Both the position numbers and the translations under genes were made by a program. Shown piece after piece: positions 43,332 through 53,160 of a stretch of 57,977 nucleotides of DNA. A model generated the notes under the pieces. It saw only the letters and a list, made by a program, of their open reading frames with translations. It was not told the origin of the DNA and searched no databases. The stretch comes from a virus (lineage: Duplodnaviria; Caudoviricetes): the IMG/VR virus record IMGVR_UViG_3300006810_000004, positions 1 to 57,977 of that record, one strand, 5' to 3'. Positions within the stretch are counted from its first letter, which is position 1. The number at the start of each line of letters is the position of its first letter.

Positions 43332-44510
43332 CTACGCTACTCTTCCTTCAAATTGATCCATCATTTCATACATTCTTTTTGCTCCTTCTCGGCGATCTCC
43401 ATCACCAGCTCCTCTAACCGCTTGAGCAGTCATTACAAATTCACCGTCACTTAGCATAGCAGGAATAGAATCAGAAGTCTCTGTTCCCGGTCCTTCAGAC
43501 ATACCACCATCAGCTCTTAAATCCATCACTCCACCATCAGCTGCATATTTTATTGTTGCAGGAGCATCATATCCTGGACCTAAAGTATCGCTTATTCTTG
43601 CCACAGAAAAGTCTTGTGATTGTTGTTCGTCGTCTGTTGTTTGATCTATTAGTAAACCAAGAGCCGCGGTGCTTAGTCCGTAGAGAGATGCTAACTCTCC
43701 TATAGACATTCCTCCAAGTAATCCTTTTTTAGCTTCTTTTCCTATTAATTCTTGAATATTTATTCTCTCTTGTGCGGTAAGAGTTTTAGGGTCTATACCC
43801 ATTTTTGTAGCGTAATCATCTATACCTTGAGCTGAATTATTACCGAAAGCAGTATCAGTGCCATCAGAAAAAGGATTAGCTTTAAAGTTATCAAAAAAAT
43901 CCATTCCTGATTTTGTACCTCCCCCATCAGACTTCATACCTAAAATTCTTTTACCTATATTCAAAGGATTATAAGATCCTTCTCCTTCCATACCATAAGC
44001 GCCTCTAGCTCCTGTACCTTTAAATAAGCCTTGTCCGCTCGCATAATTAGAAGCTACACCAGATAAACCACCACGTAGTCCCATTTGTAATGCTTGATTA
44101 GGATCACCAGGGTTTTCTCTTTTAAATGAGCCAAGTCCAGCACCTACTGCGGCACCCGCAACTGGACCAAACATAGCACCTGCAATAGGTGCTGCATAGC
44201 CAGAGATATCTCCAGCTGCTTTCTTAAGTCTTTTAACAATTTTGTTTAAGAAAAATTCAGGTTGTCCTGTAACAGGATTGATAGAGTTGAGTTCGTTACC
44301 TACAATATAACGACCGGGATCAATGCCCATATCTACCATACTTTTAAATAATCTTTTTTTGAGAACTGGGTTACGATCAAGAACTTCCATTGGAACAACT
44401 GTCTCACCTTCGGCAGCATGCACAATATATGTATCTTCATATCGGCCTAGTCCGCCAATATTAGAAACAAACTTTTGAAAGTCTTTTAATGATTCTAGTC
44501 CCTGCTGCAT
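43332..44510 (-). CDS. Internal virion protein with GRxxDT...INPxTGxPEF and GPGTxTSDSIPAMLSDGEFV modules
   Basis: Both motifs are visible in the translation; YAADGG and RADGG precede the C-terminal module. Confidence 0.7.
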   Translation of the reverse strand: MQQGLESLKDFQKFVSNIGGLGRYEDTYIVHAAEGETVVPMEVLDRNPVLKKRLFKSMVDMGIDPGRYIVGNELNSINPVTGQPEFFLNKIVKRLKKAAGDISGYAAPIAGAMFGPVAGAAVGAGLGSFKRENPGDPNQALQMGLRGGLSGVASNYASGQGLFKGTGARGAYGMEGEGSYNPLNIGKRILGMKSDGGGTKSGMDFFDNFKANPFSDGTDTAFGNNSAQGIDDYATKMGIDPKTLTAQERINIQELIGKEAKKGLLGGMSIGELASLYGLSTAALGLLIDQTTDDEQQSQDFSVARISDTLGPGYDAPATIKYAADGGVMDLRADGGMSEGPGTETSDSIPAMLSDGEFVMTAQAVRGAGDGDRREGAKRMYEMMDQFEGRVA

Positions 44511-44511
44511 G

Positions 44512-44763
44512 TTACTTCATGACCTCTCCAAATATATCTAGGCTATTAACCTGTATTGCGACATCTTTTTTAATATCGTCTTTTTTAGTGGAAGTTGCAG
44601 GATTCTGAATGTCAGCTTCTGCTTCAGCATCATCTTTATATTCGTTTCCTGTTTGCGCATTGTAGACTTTTTCAGTAGATTTAACCTTAATATTATCAGG
44701 TGTTTTCTTACCCGCTACAACAATCGTATCCTCATTTGTACCCATTTTTTGCTCCTTTTGCAA
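44512..44763 (-). CDS. Hypothetical protein
   Basis: 83-aa ORF; start uncertain. Confidence 0.7.
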   Translation of the reverse strand: MQKEQKMGTNEDTIVVAGKKTPDNIKVKSTEKVYNAQTGNEYKDDAEAEADIQNPATSTKKDDIKKDVAIQVNSLDIFGEVMK

Positions 44764-44770
44764 TATAATT

Positions 44771-45052
44771 TTAGCAGTTCCACTTTCGTAAAGACTTGTT
44801 AATCCTTGAGTTCGGATCCTTTGCAGTCTTGGAACTAGTTAGTTTTTTCTTCATGCCAGTCATTCTAGCACAAAAAGATTTACGTCTACTAGCAGCTTTT
44901 GAGCCTGCTTTCAGTTTAGACGGTTTAGTTGTAACAGCAGTTTTTAGTTTTGATCCGGGGTTCGCGGCACGATAAGAAGCAACACCTTTGCGATTTAAAC
45001 CGCCAGATTTACTTTTACCTTCTTTACGTTGCCATGCTGCTGTCTTAGCCAT
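44771..45052 (-). CDS. Small basic protein (GGLN...RRKSFCARM...LRKWNC family)
   Basis: Motif pattern familiar from marine phages. Confidence 0.8.
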   Translation of the reverse strand: MAKTAAWQRKEGKSKSGGLNRKGVASYRAANPGSKLKTAVTTKPSKLKAGSKAASRRKSFCARMTGMKKKLTSSKTAKDPNSRINKSLRKWNC

Positions 45053-45318
45053 TATGTTTTTTTTGTCCTTTTCTTAGCAAATGTTGCGGCTCTTGATGGT
45101 GTAGGACCAGTATTTGATTTAGCTTGTTTTCTTCTTACTGCTCCTGCTTTTTGTCCTTTTGACATCGCCCTAGCTTTAGCTATAGGTACACACTTAGGAT
45201 ACTTTTTTCTTTTTTCGCCACCACTTCTACCACATTTAGGAAAAGACCCATCGGACTTTTTATTGGCTATATCTACCCAATTTTCTTTGACCCAAGATCT
45301 TAATCCTTTTTTAGCCAT
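45052..45318 (-). CDS. Small basic protein (LRSWVKENWVD...CGR...YPKCVP family)
   Basis: Motif pattern; TAATG coupling. Confidence 0.8.
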   Translation of the reverse strand: MAKKGLRSWVKENWVDIANKKSDGSFPKCGRSGGEKRKKYPKCVPIAKARAMSKGQKAGAVRRKQAKSNTGPTPSRAATFAKKRTKKT

Positions 45319-45590
45319 TACGCTCTTTTAGTTTTTTTACGTTTCTTTTTCATAATAGCGCCACACCCTTTAGCTATTCCGCCTTGACTGTAACTAGAAA
45401 CTTTTTTTCTATCTTGTGATATTTTATTAAAGTCAACGACTTCACCGCCTGCTGCCATTTTTTTCTTTTTTCCTCCTGGTTTAATTTTTCCTGAACAAAC
45501 ACGACTACCATACATATTAGCATAAGCTGAAGGATAAACATCAAACTTACGTTTTGCTGCGGCTTTACCTTTTGCACATAATTTAGCCAT
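45318..45590 (-). CDS. Small basic protein (KFDVYPSAYAN family) with xxGG motifs
   Basis: Motif pattern; TAATG coupling. Confidence 0.8.
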   Translation of the reverse strand: MAKLCAKGKAAAKRKFDVYPSAYANMYGSRVCSGKIKPGGKKKKMAAGGEVVDFNKISQDRKKVSSYSQGGIAKGCGAIMKKKRKKTKRA

Positions 45591-45784
45591 TATTTTTTCT
45601 TTTTCTTTTTCATCTTAGCAGCAGTGATAATATCACCTCTGGTTATTTTTTTAGGATCTCCATACATAGCAGCAAGTTTTTTGTTTTTTACTTTTGTAGT
45701 TTTTTTAGCTTTACCACCATCTTTGTACATCATTCCGCCACCCATCATTTTTTTAGGCATCTTCTTTTTTTTCATTTCATTCAT
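45590..45784 (-). CDS. Small Lys/Met-rich protein with MMGGG and YKDGG motifs
   Basis: AAGGAG SD; KITRGDII motif. Confidence 0.75.
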   Translation of the reverse strand: MNEMKKKKMPKKMMGGGMMYKDGGKAKKTTKVKNKKLAAMYGDPKKITRGDIITAAKMKKKKKK

Positions 45785-45799
45785 AGTTTACTCCTTTGA

Positions 45800-46180
45800 T
45801 TAAGCATTAGTTATTTCTAATACACTTATTATAATACTCAAGTCTCCACCGTTTTGCGCTTGAGCTTTTATAATTTCTGATTCTTTTACTATTAGTGGAG
45901 TTGATGCCGCCACTACACTATCAGAAGTGTCTTGTGCCATATTACCGGTCGCAAGAAGTTCTTGAGATCGTTTAGCTTCTATTGGTCTATCTGTTTCTAA
46001 ATTATAACTGACGCCACTACTATCTACAAGAGATAAAGACACAGTACAGTTATTATTAATGTCTTTGTTAGATACACGAATAGATTTAACAATAGCTGAA
46101 GTTGCAGTAGGTACTGTATAGACAGAAGTCAAGGCTGTGGTGCTTAAATTGACTTTATAATTTGTATAATTATTTGCCAT
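45800..46180 (-). CDS. Virion structural protein
   Basis: YTVPTATSAIVKSIRVSN; beta-rich 126 aa. Confidence 0.7.
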   Translation of the reverse strand: MANNYTNYKVNLSTTALTSVYTVPTATSAIVKSIRVSNKDINNNCTVSLSLVDSSGVSYNLETDRPIEAKRSQELLATGNMAQDTSDSVVAASTPLIVKESEIIKAQAQNGGDLSIIISVLEITNA

Positions 46181-46351
46181 TTAAGAAAGAAACCAAGTAA
46201 TCTGTTCGTCTTCGTTGCGAAGAGTTTCTGAAGTATATGTATTATTTAACACAAATATCATTTGTTCTAGTGTTTGAATAAGAGTAGCCATTTGAGATTG
46301 ATTATACTCTTGAGTAGCTTGAGGTAATATAGGTGTTGTAATTTTAGCCAT
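46181..46351 (-). CDS. 56-aa tail-module protein
   Basis: MAKITTPILPQATQEYN...ITWFLS*; GAGG SD; TAATG overlap. Confidence 0.75.
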   Translation of the reverse strand: MAKITTPILPQATQEYNQSQMATLIQTLEQMIFVLNNTYTSETLRNEDEQITWFLS

Positions 46352-48219
46352 TAACTACCTCTTTTTCCATCAGGTTGCATATCAACTCTTAATGTTCCAT
46401 ATCTCCAATTTTCACCAGTAGCATTACTTTCAAGTTTTAAAGAAAGTTGTCTTCCTCTAATTCTTGTATCTTGTTTAGTTGTACTAGTTGTAATTTCAAA
46501 AGGACCATGGGTTGTTTGAGTAGCTGAAGGATAAGGTCTTGTTTGCATTGTAATATCTACATTACCTACTTGATTTTTAAAGTCAGGTAGAATTCTTCTT
46601 ATTGACATAAAGTTATCTCCTTCTCCTATATCAATATCACCAGATTCTATAAAAGCTACCATTGCACTACCGTCGTCATCAGTGCCTGTTTCTTGAGCGT
46701 AGATAAAACTACGACCTGTTTTAAGACCTTGAACAGTAGGAGTTGCTGTAGCAGAACTGCCTGCAACAAATTGAGAAGCATAAGGAACAGAATAAATACT
46801 ACTATTACTCCATGTAGTTCTATCCAAAGATCCTACATACCATAAATTTTCTAAATAATTATATACAACTTGTTTATTAATAACGTTAGAAGTTGAATCT
46901 GCATAGAACCACATAACTTCATTATAATCTGCGTTTGAAGCACAATAAACTTCTGTTAGAGAAGAAGGTGAAATAGAATCAAAAACATGATCTTGCACAC
47001 TACAAGGTATTTTTTTAACAGCACCATCATATAAGAAGAAAGAATCATTACCCATCCAATAAGCAATACCGTTTACATCAACTGCTGCGTTTAATCCTAC
47101 AGCACCACAATTCGAACCTAATTGTTTAAAACCAAAAGTAAGAGGAGGACCAATAAACTGCATTTGATACAAGGCAGTATCTGTCCAAATAAGAATAGCA
47201 CCTCTACTTCTTACAGCTGCTTGAATTTGATTACCTGCTGTTAGTCTGTGACTACCTGCAGTGTTAATAGAAGAAGGAGTCCATTCGTTTTGATTTTCTT
47301 GAGTAGACCATCGAATAAACATACTATCTTGAGTAGAGGTATCTCCAATAGTTGTTTCTGTTCCTAAACAAATAACGTGACGATCATCACCTGAAACTAA
47401 CATTAATCTAGTTTTTGTAGGAGCTGTAGAAACCTCTGTTACAGATGATCTATTGCTTGATAAACCAGCTGAAGTATCCCAATAAGACAATCCACCATTA
47501 AATTGTTGTGATAAAACATCTTCTCCCCAGTTGTCCAAGGACCATTTTCCTGCTTCCAATAACACACCAGAAGCGCCTGTCAAACCTTCTCTAGATGTAT
47601 CCCAAGTTGAGTCTCCCCAAGTACCAGCACCCCAACCATATCCTAGTAAAGAAGTTGCAGGACCTGTATTAAATTGATAGGAAGCATTAGCAGTGGCTCC
47701 TGTAGCTGTTGAAGTAGCTGCGGCAGGTGCTTCTATAGTATATGTATCCGTAGTGGGGACAGTTAATATTTCAAACTCTCTTTGTAAATTAGCTTGAGTT
47801 ATTCCCCCTACAGCAGCACTCACAGTTGCAATCGTTACAAAGTCCCCTATGAGCGCCCCATGAGACGCGTCTGTCACAGTGACAGTAGATGATTCATCAG
47901 TTACAGCAAACTGTGTAATGTTGCCCGTGCCTGAAGCACGTATAGGGGAAATGTCAGCATAGTTATTTTCAGAATATGCATACAACTTTTTATTAGTTCC
48001 ATACACAGCATATTTAACACCATCTAAACTTGAATAAGTTAGAACAGCTCTTACTGCTCCAATGATTCCGTCTTGTGTTACTTTAGACCAGCCACCTATT
48101 TTTTCAGGTAGTCCATAACGAAATCTTACGTTGTCACAATCCGACCATTTACCCTCTGCGCCGTATTCAGTATTCTGCTTATCTATACCTGGTGCAAATT
48201 GCAGTTTTGTTAACGGCAT
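46351..48219 (-). CDS. Tail nozzle / stabilisation protein (P22 gp10 / T7 gp12-like position)
   Basis: 622 aa; DCDNVRFRYGLPEKIGGW, FIRWSTQEN, ESGDIDIGEGD, beta-propeller-like repeats. Confidence 0.75.
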   Translation of the reverse strand: MPLTKLQFAPGIDKQNTEYGAEGKWSDCDNVRFRYGLPEKIGGWSKVTQDGIIGAVRAVLTYSSLDGVKYAVYGTNKKLYAYSENNYADISPIRASGTGNITQFAVTDESSTVTVTDASHGALIGDFVTIATVSAAVGGITQANLQREFEILTVPTTDTYTIEAPAAATSTATGATANASYQFNTGPATSLLGYGWGAGTWGDSTWDTSREGLTGASGVLLEAGKWSLDNWGEDVLSQQFNGGLSYWDTSAGLSSNRSSVTEVSTAPTKTRLMLVSGDDRHVICLGTETTIGDTSTQDSMFIRWSTQENQNEWTPSSINTAGSHRLTAGNQIQAAVRSRGAILIWTDTALYQMQFIGPPLTFGFKQLGSNCGAVGLNAAVDVNGIAYWMGNDSFFLYDGAVKKIPCSVQDHVFDSISPSSLTEVYCASNADYNEVMWFYADSTSNVINKQVVYNYLENLWYVGSLDRTTWSNSSIYSVPYASQFVAGSSATATPTVQGLKTGRSFIYAQETGTDDDGSAMVAFIESGDIDIGEGDNFMSIRRILPDFKNQVGNVDITMQTRPYPSATQTTHGPFEITTSTTKQDTRIRGRQLSLKLESNATGENWRYGTLRVDMQPDGKRGS

Positions 48220-48227
48220 TGAAGCTC

Positions 48228-49229
48228 CTAGTTAGTTGCGTAGAATGGCATCCAGTAATCAGTGCCATTAATATTGACACGGATATGTCCTGTTAAAGAT
48301 CCTACACTTGTATCAGTTGTAATACTCTTAGTTTGATCTGAAGCACTTGTGCCATCAAATCTAATAAACTCTTGATCTGTATCATCTTGGTCTAATGTTA
48401 AACAAGCTATAGCACCAGAAGTGTTTGCTTGACTGACTGTTACTAATGCACTTGTTGGTGAGCTTGTGCCAAAACCAATTTTATCTGCTGACCCATCTAT
48501 AAAGAAAGCATGTGTTAAAGTATTTGTTTCTGCTCTAAAATCTACTGAAGCACCTGAATCATTAAAAGTAAACCCACCCCCATCAAAGTCAATGGCTCCT
48601 GTTGCTTTTACACCACCAACAACATGTAGTTCTGTTGAAGGAGAAGCTGTTTTTATACCTACTCTATCATTACCTGCATCAGTGAAAAATAAGTTTGCAT
48701 CACCATTACCTTCAATACGAAAGTCTAAGTCAGCACTTGATTCGTTAAAGACAAAAGTACCACCGTCGAGAGAAGTGTTACCTGACACTGTTAATGTTCC
48801 ATTAGCTTTCAAATTACCAGCGTCGGCCAAAACATCAAACATTGTAGAACCGTCGGAATAAAGTATATGCTTAGATCCTGCTACTAAATTTGTTGCTGTA
48901 CCGCCCGCAGGTTTAAAACCTAAACTGTGAGTTCCCATAGTGGTTGCGTTATCGACTATATACCAAGTCTCTACAGCTTCGCATTGCATTGTTGTATTAC
49001 CTGATAAGGTACCTGTTAATTTTATAATAGCATTACTTTGTTCATCTGCAGTCGTACCATCAGAGGCAGTTAAAGAATCAGTTGTGCTTGCGACTGCAAC
49101 AGCTACATATCCTTTAATTGCTGATTCTACTTTTTGTAAATTATTGTTTGTAATAGTACCCCAAGTTCCAGAGTTTTCTCCAGTCGCTTGAATTTCTAAA
49201 TTTAAAATTGATGAATACGTTGATGCCAT
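48228..49229 (-). CDS. Tail fibre/spike-like structural protein
   Basis: GENSGTWGTITN N-terminus; repeated DFRxE / RVGIxTxSP fibre motifs. Confidence 0.7.
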   Translation of the reverse strand: MASTYSSILNLEIQATGENSGTWGTITNNNLQKVESAIKGYVAVAVASTTDSLTASDGTTADEQSNAIIKLTGTLSGNTTMQCEAVETWYIVDNATTMGTHSLGFKPAGGTATNLVAGSKHILYSDGSTMFDVLADAGNLKANGTLTVSGNTSLDGGTFVFNESSADLDFRIEGNGDANLFFTDAGNDRVGIKTASPSTELHVVGGVKATGAIDFDGGGFTFNDSGASVDFRAETNTLTHAFFIDGSADKIGFGTSSPTSALVTVSQANTSGAIACLTLDQDDTDQEFIRFDGTSASDQTKSITTDTSVGSLTGHIRVNINGTDYWMPFYATN

Positions 49230-49238
49230 ATTTTAATC

Positions 49239-49706
49239 CTATCCTACGTCATCCAATAATGCAGCTACAATACAAGTAGCACTTGCATCTCCTGCATCAC
49301 CTATATCTGAACTAATAGCATGGATGTCTGCTACAGTTGCGTTAGGTAATCTTCCAAACCATGATTGACTTGGTCCTATAAATATTCCATCAGCTAGATT
49401 ATTAGCTGCTGTTCCTGCATCTATTGATAACATAATGCCGTCTGTGGTGCTAGTATTTTTAACAAATAAAAATTTAACTTTGTCTCCTGTGGCTATTGCT
49501 GTCGGAGCTGTATCTTGATCTACTGCCGTATAATCTAAAAAATGACCTGCTATGAGGTCAGCACTTGTCGTGGTTACTTCAGTCTTCTTATAATACCATT
49601 TATCATTGACATCATCAGGGGTAACTGTCATAGATCCACTAATTGTGGTAGCTATCTCATCTGGTAATAATGTTACTGATAAGCTTACTGTTGCGTCATT
49701 GGCCAT
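49239..49706 (-). CDS. Virion structural protein
   Basis: 155 aa; Ala/Thr/Asp-rich; tail module. Confidence 0.65.
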   Translation of the reverse strand: MANDATVSLSVTLLPDEIATTISGSMTVTPDDVNDKWYYKKTEVTTTSADLIAGHFLDYTAVDQDTAPTAIATGDKVKFLFVKNTSTTDGIMLSIDAGTAANNLADGIFIGPSQSWFGRLPNATVADIHAISSDIGDAGDASATCIVAALLDDVG

Positions 49707-50095
49707 TAATCTGTGCTCCCTGGTTCTACATCAATCCATGTAGCGTCTGCTGTGTCGTCTACTTCATTCCATAAGAAAAAATTAGGTGATCCTACAGAAA
49801 ATGAAATTAAATTTTGAAATGCATCACCAAATGCTGTTTCATCTCCCAATCCTACAGTAATTTGTCCTGCAGTGCTAGTAGTAACATTAGCATCAGCAGC
49901 CACAGTTTCAGTGCCTATCGTAAAGCTTGCTGATACAGTAGTAACTGCAAATGTTGCCGCGCCTATTACAGATCCTAAATCATCAACACTAGCACTTAAA
50001 GAAACACCACTAACAAATGGTGATCCTACATTTTGAACTGCTCCTCCTCTAACTGAGGCAATTCCAAACTCTGATATTGATCCGTGACCTAACAT
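49706..50095 (-). CDS. Virion structural protein
   Basis: 129 aa; tail module. Confidence 0.65.
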   Translation of the reverse strand: MLGHGSISEFGIASVRGGAVQNVGSPFVSGVSLSASVDDLGSVIGAATFAVTTVSASFTIGTETVAADANVTTSTAGQITVGLGDETAFGDAFQNLISFSVGSPNFFLWNEVDDTADATWIDVEPGSTD

Positions 50096-51157
50096 TTATC
50101 TTGCCGTTGTCGGCACTCCTTTACTACTAACAAATGGGTTCTCTGCAAAAGCCATGTAAACAAATGTTTGACCATTTGTATTATAACTTGCACCATCACT
50201 TCTTACTTTAAAACCATTACTACAAAAATCACCAAAGGTACTAGTTGCTTCAGCATCAGTTGCTTCTGCTTTAACATATTTACTAAATGGGTTAGTGGGG
50301 TTTCTTGTACCATCAAATATAAACCATTCTCTACCACTAGATGTTCCTTTTATCATGACCCAAGCAGGTTTAAATCCTGTATACACAAATGGTCCGTTTG
50401 TACTACCATTACCAACATAGCTGCCGAATTTTGAGTAGCCTTGTTTTTCTGCAAAACTATAAAATACATATGAGCCACCATTTGTATTTAATCTATCGTT
50501 ATTAGTTACACCACCTACAGTAAAGACACTTGAAGTTGGAGATGTATCTCCATAAAAACCAAAATCTTCTTTAGCATCTGTATTATTTAATCTTAATCCA
50601 TGTGTATTTCCAATAGATTCATGATAGACATTCCAAGCATCTGCTGCATTTAACTTTTTTGTAATATGTAATTTAGGTACTGCACCTAATCCATGTCCTA
50701 CTGTTAATTCACTACCTGTACCTGTATATGTTCCAATACTAAATCCTGCTTCTTGATTTACTTGTAGATTAACAGTAATAGAACCATCATCATTATCAGC
50801 TTTTGTTCCGCCATTACACTTCCATTGCCATGCTACAAAGGTTTGACTATCACCATTAGTATTTCTTTGATTTGCAGGACCTACTGTAAAACCATCAGTA
50901 TCGAAAGAAATAAGGTCTTTAGCAGTATCTGCAGTATTAAATTCTGCAACATCTGCTTCACTACCTAAACTTTTTGCTCTACCTCTTGTACTATCAAACA
51001 AAGCATGAGTTGATGTTGAACTTCTTCTTTTTATCCAAATCCAATCAGGTGCTATAGTAGCATTACCTTGACTAGTTACTGCTAGGGTAGAACTATTACC
51101 ACTATAAGCTGCTGCTTGAAAATATTCTGATGGGTCGTCTATATCTGTATAAGCCAT
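50096..51157 (-). CDS. Tail/receptor-binding-associated beta-repeat protein
   Basis: Repeated YxGNG...PDWIWIKRR...GF...YVAW/YMAF units. Confidence 0.75.
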   Translation of the reverse strand: MAYTDIDDPSEYFQAAAYSGNSSTLAVTSQGNATIAPDWIWIKRRSSTSTHALFDSTRGRAKSLGSEADVAEFNTADTAKDLISFDTDGFTVGPANQRNTNGDSQTFVAWQWKCNGGTKADNDDGSITVNLQVNQEAGFSIGTYTGTGSELTVGHGLGAVPKLHITKKLNAADAWNVYHESIGNTHGLRLNNTDAKEDFGFYGDTSPTSSVFTVGGVTNNDRLNTNGGSYVFYSFAEKQGYSKFGSYVGNGSTNGPFVYTGFKPAWVMIKGTSSGREWFIFDGTRNPTNPFSKYVKAEATDAEATSTFGDFCSNGFKVRSDGASYNTNGQTFVYMAFAENPFVSSKGVPTTAR

Positions 51158-52539
51158 TATCCAAACTCCGCTAAATTTTTAGTGTTAAGTGCAAAATAAC
51201 CTGATGGTGGTGCATATTTAAATAAACCTTCACCATTAGCATCTGTATTTCCTGCTGAAGAAATTTCTCCTGCAAAAGTATCGTCTGCACCAAAGTTAGT
51301 ATTGTAGGTTACTGTTGAACTTCCTTGACCATTACTTTGTGCAAAAACATAAAGAGCATTGTCAATATCAATTGTTCCTTGACTTGCGTTATTTTTATAA
51401 AATGTAACAGTATTTTGTGCTGTGTCTAAATCTAGTGCTATTGCCATTATGTCATCTACTGCCCAAGTTGCACCATAAGAAGCACCTCCCGGAAGTTTTG
51501 TAGCATTCATTACATAACCATGACCAGAGCCACCATTTTGTGATTCATCTAGTTGTCTCTGACCATCAAAACCATCTACAGTAGATATACCTATCATTGC
51601 ATTACTTGCTGTTTTTGCTGTGCAAATCATTTCAACATACCATTTACCCTTTTGTACTGCTATGGAACTTCCTGCTGTACTTGCGTTAGTACAAACTGTT
51701 TTTAAATTACCTTCACTAAATGCAACTGTAGTTGTGTCTGTTAATAAAGGATTCATAGTAGCAAAATTATTAGTAGGTGTATCTATCATTACATCTGTTG
51801 CTGCAAGATTAGTTACTGCCCAATGATGGTCATTACCTGAAGTATCTGCACCTATACCACTAGAGTTTTGACTTGTACCTGTTTCTTTAAACTCTAAATA
51901 AAAACCATTAGTCCCATAACTACCTGTGTAGGCTTTTGGTATCCAAACACCATTGTCATCAGTCTCAGCGAAGTCTGTTGGTGCTTTTGCAGCACCATCT
52001 ACAAGATGAACTTCTGTTAGGTATGCATCAAGGTAGCTACTTGAATTATAAGATGACTGACTTCCTATAGTATGGGGAGCTGTATTATTAACCGCAAAAT
52101 CATCATTTTGACTAGGATTATTTCTTTGAGAAAAATCTGTAATTTGTGTTCCGTTTACATATAACTTTATTCTGTCATTAGCAGTGCCATTAGTTGTATC
52201 TATTGCAAGAACAATATGATACCAAGCACTTGGGTCACGAAAAAGTCCTGTTGTTAAGAAGTGATTATAAGTCCAACCAGTAAGACATAACTGGTCATTA
52301 ACAAAAGCTAAACCTTGCCAACCTGTATTAGCATTTGCTCCATAAGCTAGAAAAATCATTTGATTTCCTGATGGTGATAGATTTGCTCTTTTAAGCCAAG
52401 TGCTAAAGGTAAAAGTTTTACGATTACCAGCACTAGATGGAGTTCTTCTTAAATCAGCACTATCATTATCATTAAACCTAAGAGAATTATCTATTTCATA
52501 TCCACCACTAACTGAATTAGCACCTAAGATATTAACCAT
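51157..52539 (-). CDS. Concanavalin-A-like (LamG) plus SPRY-like tail protein
   Basis: SLRFND, TFSTWLKR, RDPSAWYHIV, GKWYVE, FYKN, FKYAPPSGYFALNTKNL. Confidence 0.8.
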   Translation of the reverse strand: MVNILGANSVSGGYEIDNSLRFNDNDSADLRRTPSSAGNRKTFTFSTWLKRANLSPSGNQMIFLAYGANANTGWQGLAFVNDQLCLTGWTYNHFLTTGLFRDPSAWYHIVLAIDTTNGTANDRIKLYVNGTQITDFSQRNNPSQNDDFAVNNTAPHTIGSQSSYNSSSYLDAYLTEVHLVDGAAKAPTDFAETDDNGVWIPKAYTGSYGTNGFYLEFKETGTSQNSSGIGADTSGNDHHWAVTNLAATDVMIDTPTNNFATMNPLLTDTTTVAFSEGNLKTVCTNASTAGSSIAVQKGKWYVEMICTAKTASNAMIGISTVDGFDGQRQLDESQNGGSGHGYVMNATKLPGGASYGATWAVDDIMAIALDLDTAQNTVTFYKNNASQGTIDIDNALYVFAQSNGQGSSTVTYNTNFGADDTFAGEISSAGNTDANGEGLFKYAPPSGYFALNTKNLAEFG

Positions 52540-53153
52540 TATACTACCTCGTCTGGAAATTCTCCAAGTGGTCTTGATGTAACTCCATCACTATCTGTTG
52601 TGTATTCTAATAAAGTAATTAAGGCTTCAACATTTGCACAACCATCTATAGCTGTTTCCATAGCATTAACTTTTGTTCTTACTGCTGCTCTATAAGTTGC
52701 AATATTACTTGGTACAGAATAATCAGAAACATCTGCTGCTTTGATTACATACCAATCAGTATTTGATAATAGTCCTGCTGCTTGTGCGTTGAATTGATTT
52801 TTATAATTAGTCTTTAATCCATAAGTAACAATTTGGTTTCCGTCACTATCTAATAATGGGTCGCCATCTTCATCTACTTCATTAACATCTGCAATAGCTT
52901 TAGCAGTTGCTGTTCCATAACTACCTGTAACTTTACCACTACCAAACGCATAAGTTATATTTGTATTAATATAGAATGTTTCATCTTTTCTATTTGTTTC
53001 ATCTATCTCTACAGTATAGATACCAATGGCATTTCTTTCTGCCTCTGTCCATAAACTATAAATAGCTTTTGGATATAAATTATCCCCTATTTGTATTCCT
53101 TTATTTCCTTTTGGGAAACTTGTTATACTTCCTGATATTACTTGTGCAAACAT
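52539..53153 (-). CDS. Tail-fibre assembly/chaperone-like protein
   Basis: LWTEAERNAIGIY; LLSNTDWYVIK...YRAAVR. Confidence 0.7.
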   Translation of the reverse strand: MFAQVISGSITSFPKGNKGIQIGDNLYPKAIYSLWTEAERNAIGIYTVEIDETNRKDETFYINTNITYAFGSGKVTGSYGTATAKAIADVNEVDEDGDPLLDSDGNQIVTYGLKTNYKNQFNAQAAGLLSNTDWYVIKAADVSDYSVPSNIATYRAAVRTKVNAMETAIDGCANVEALITLLEYTTDSDGVTSRPLGEFPDEVV

Positions 53154-53160
53154 ATTACTC

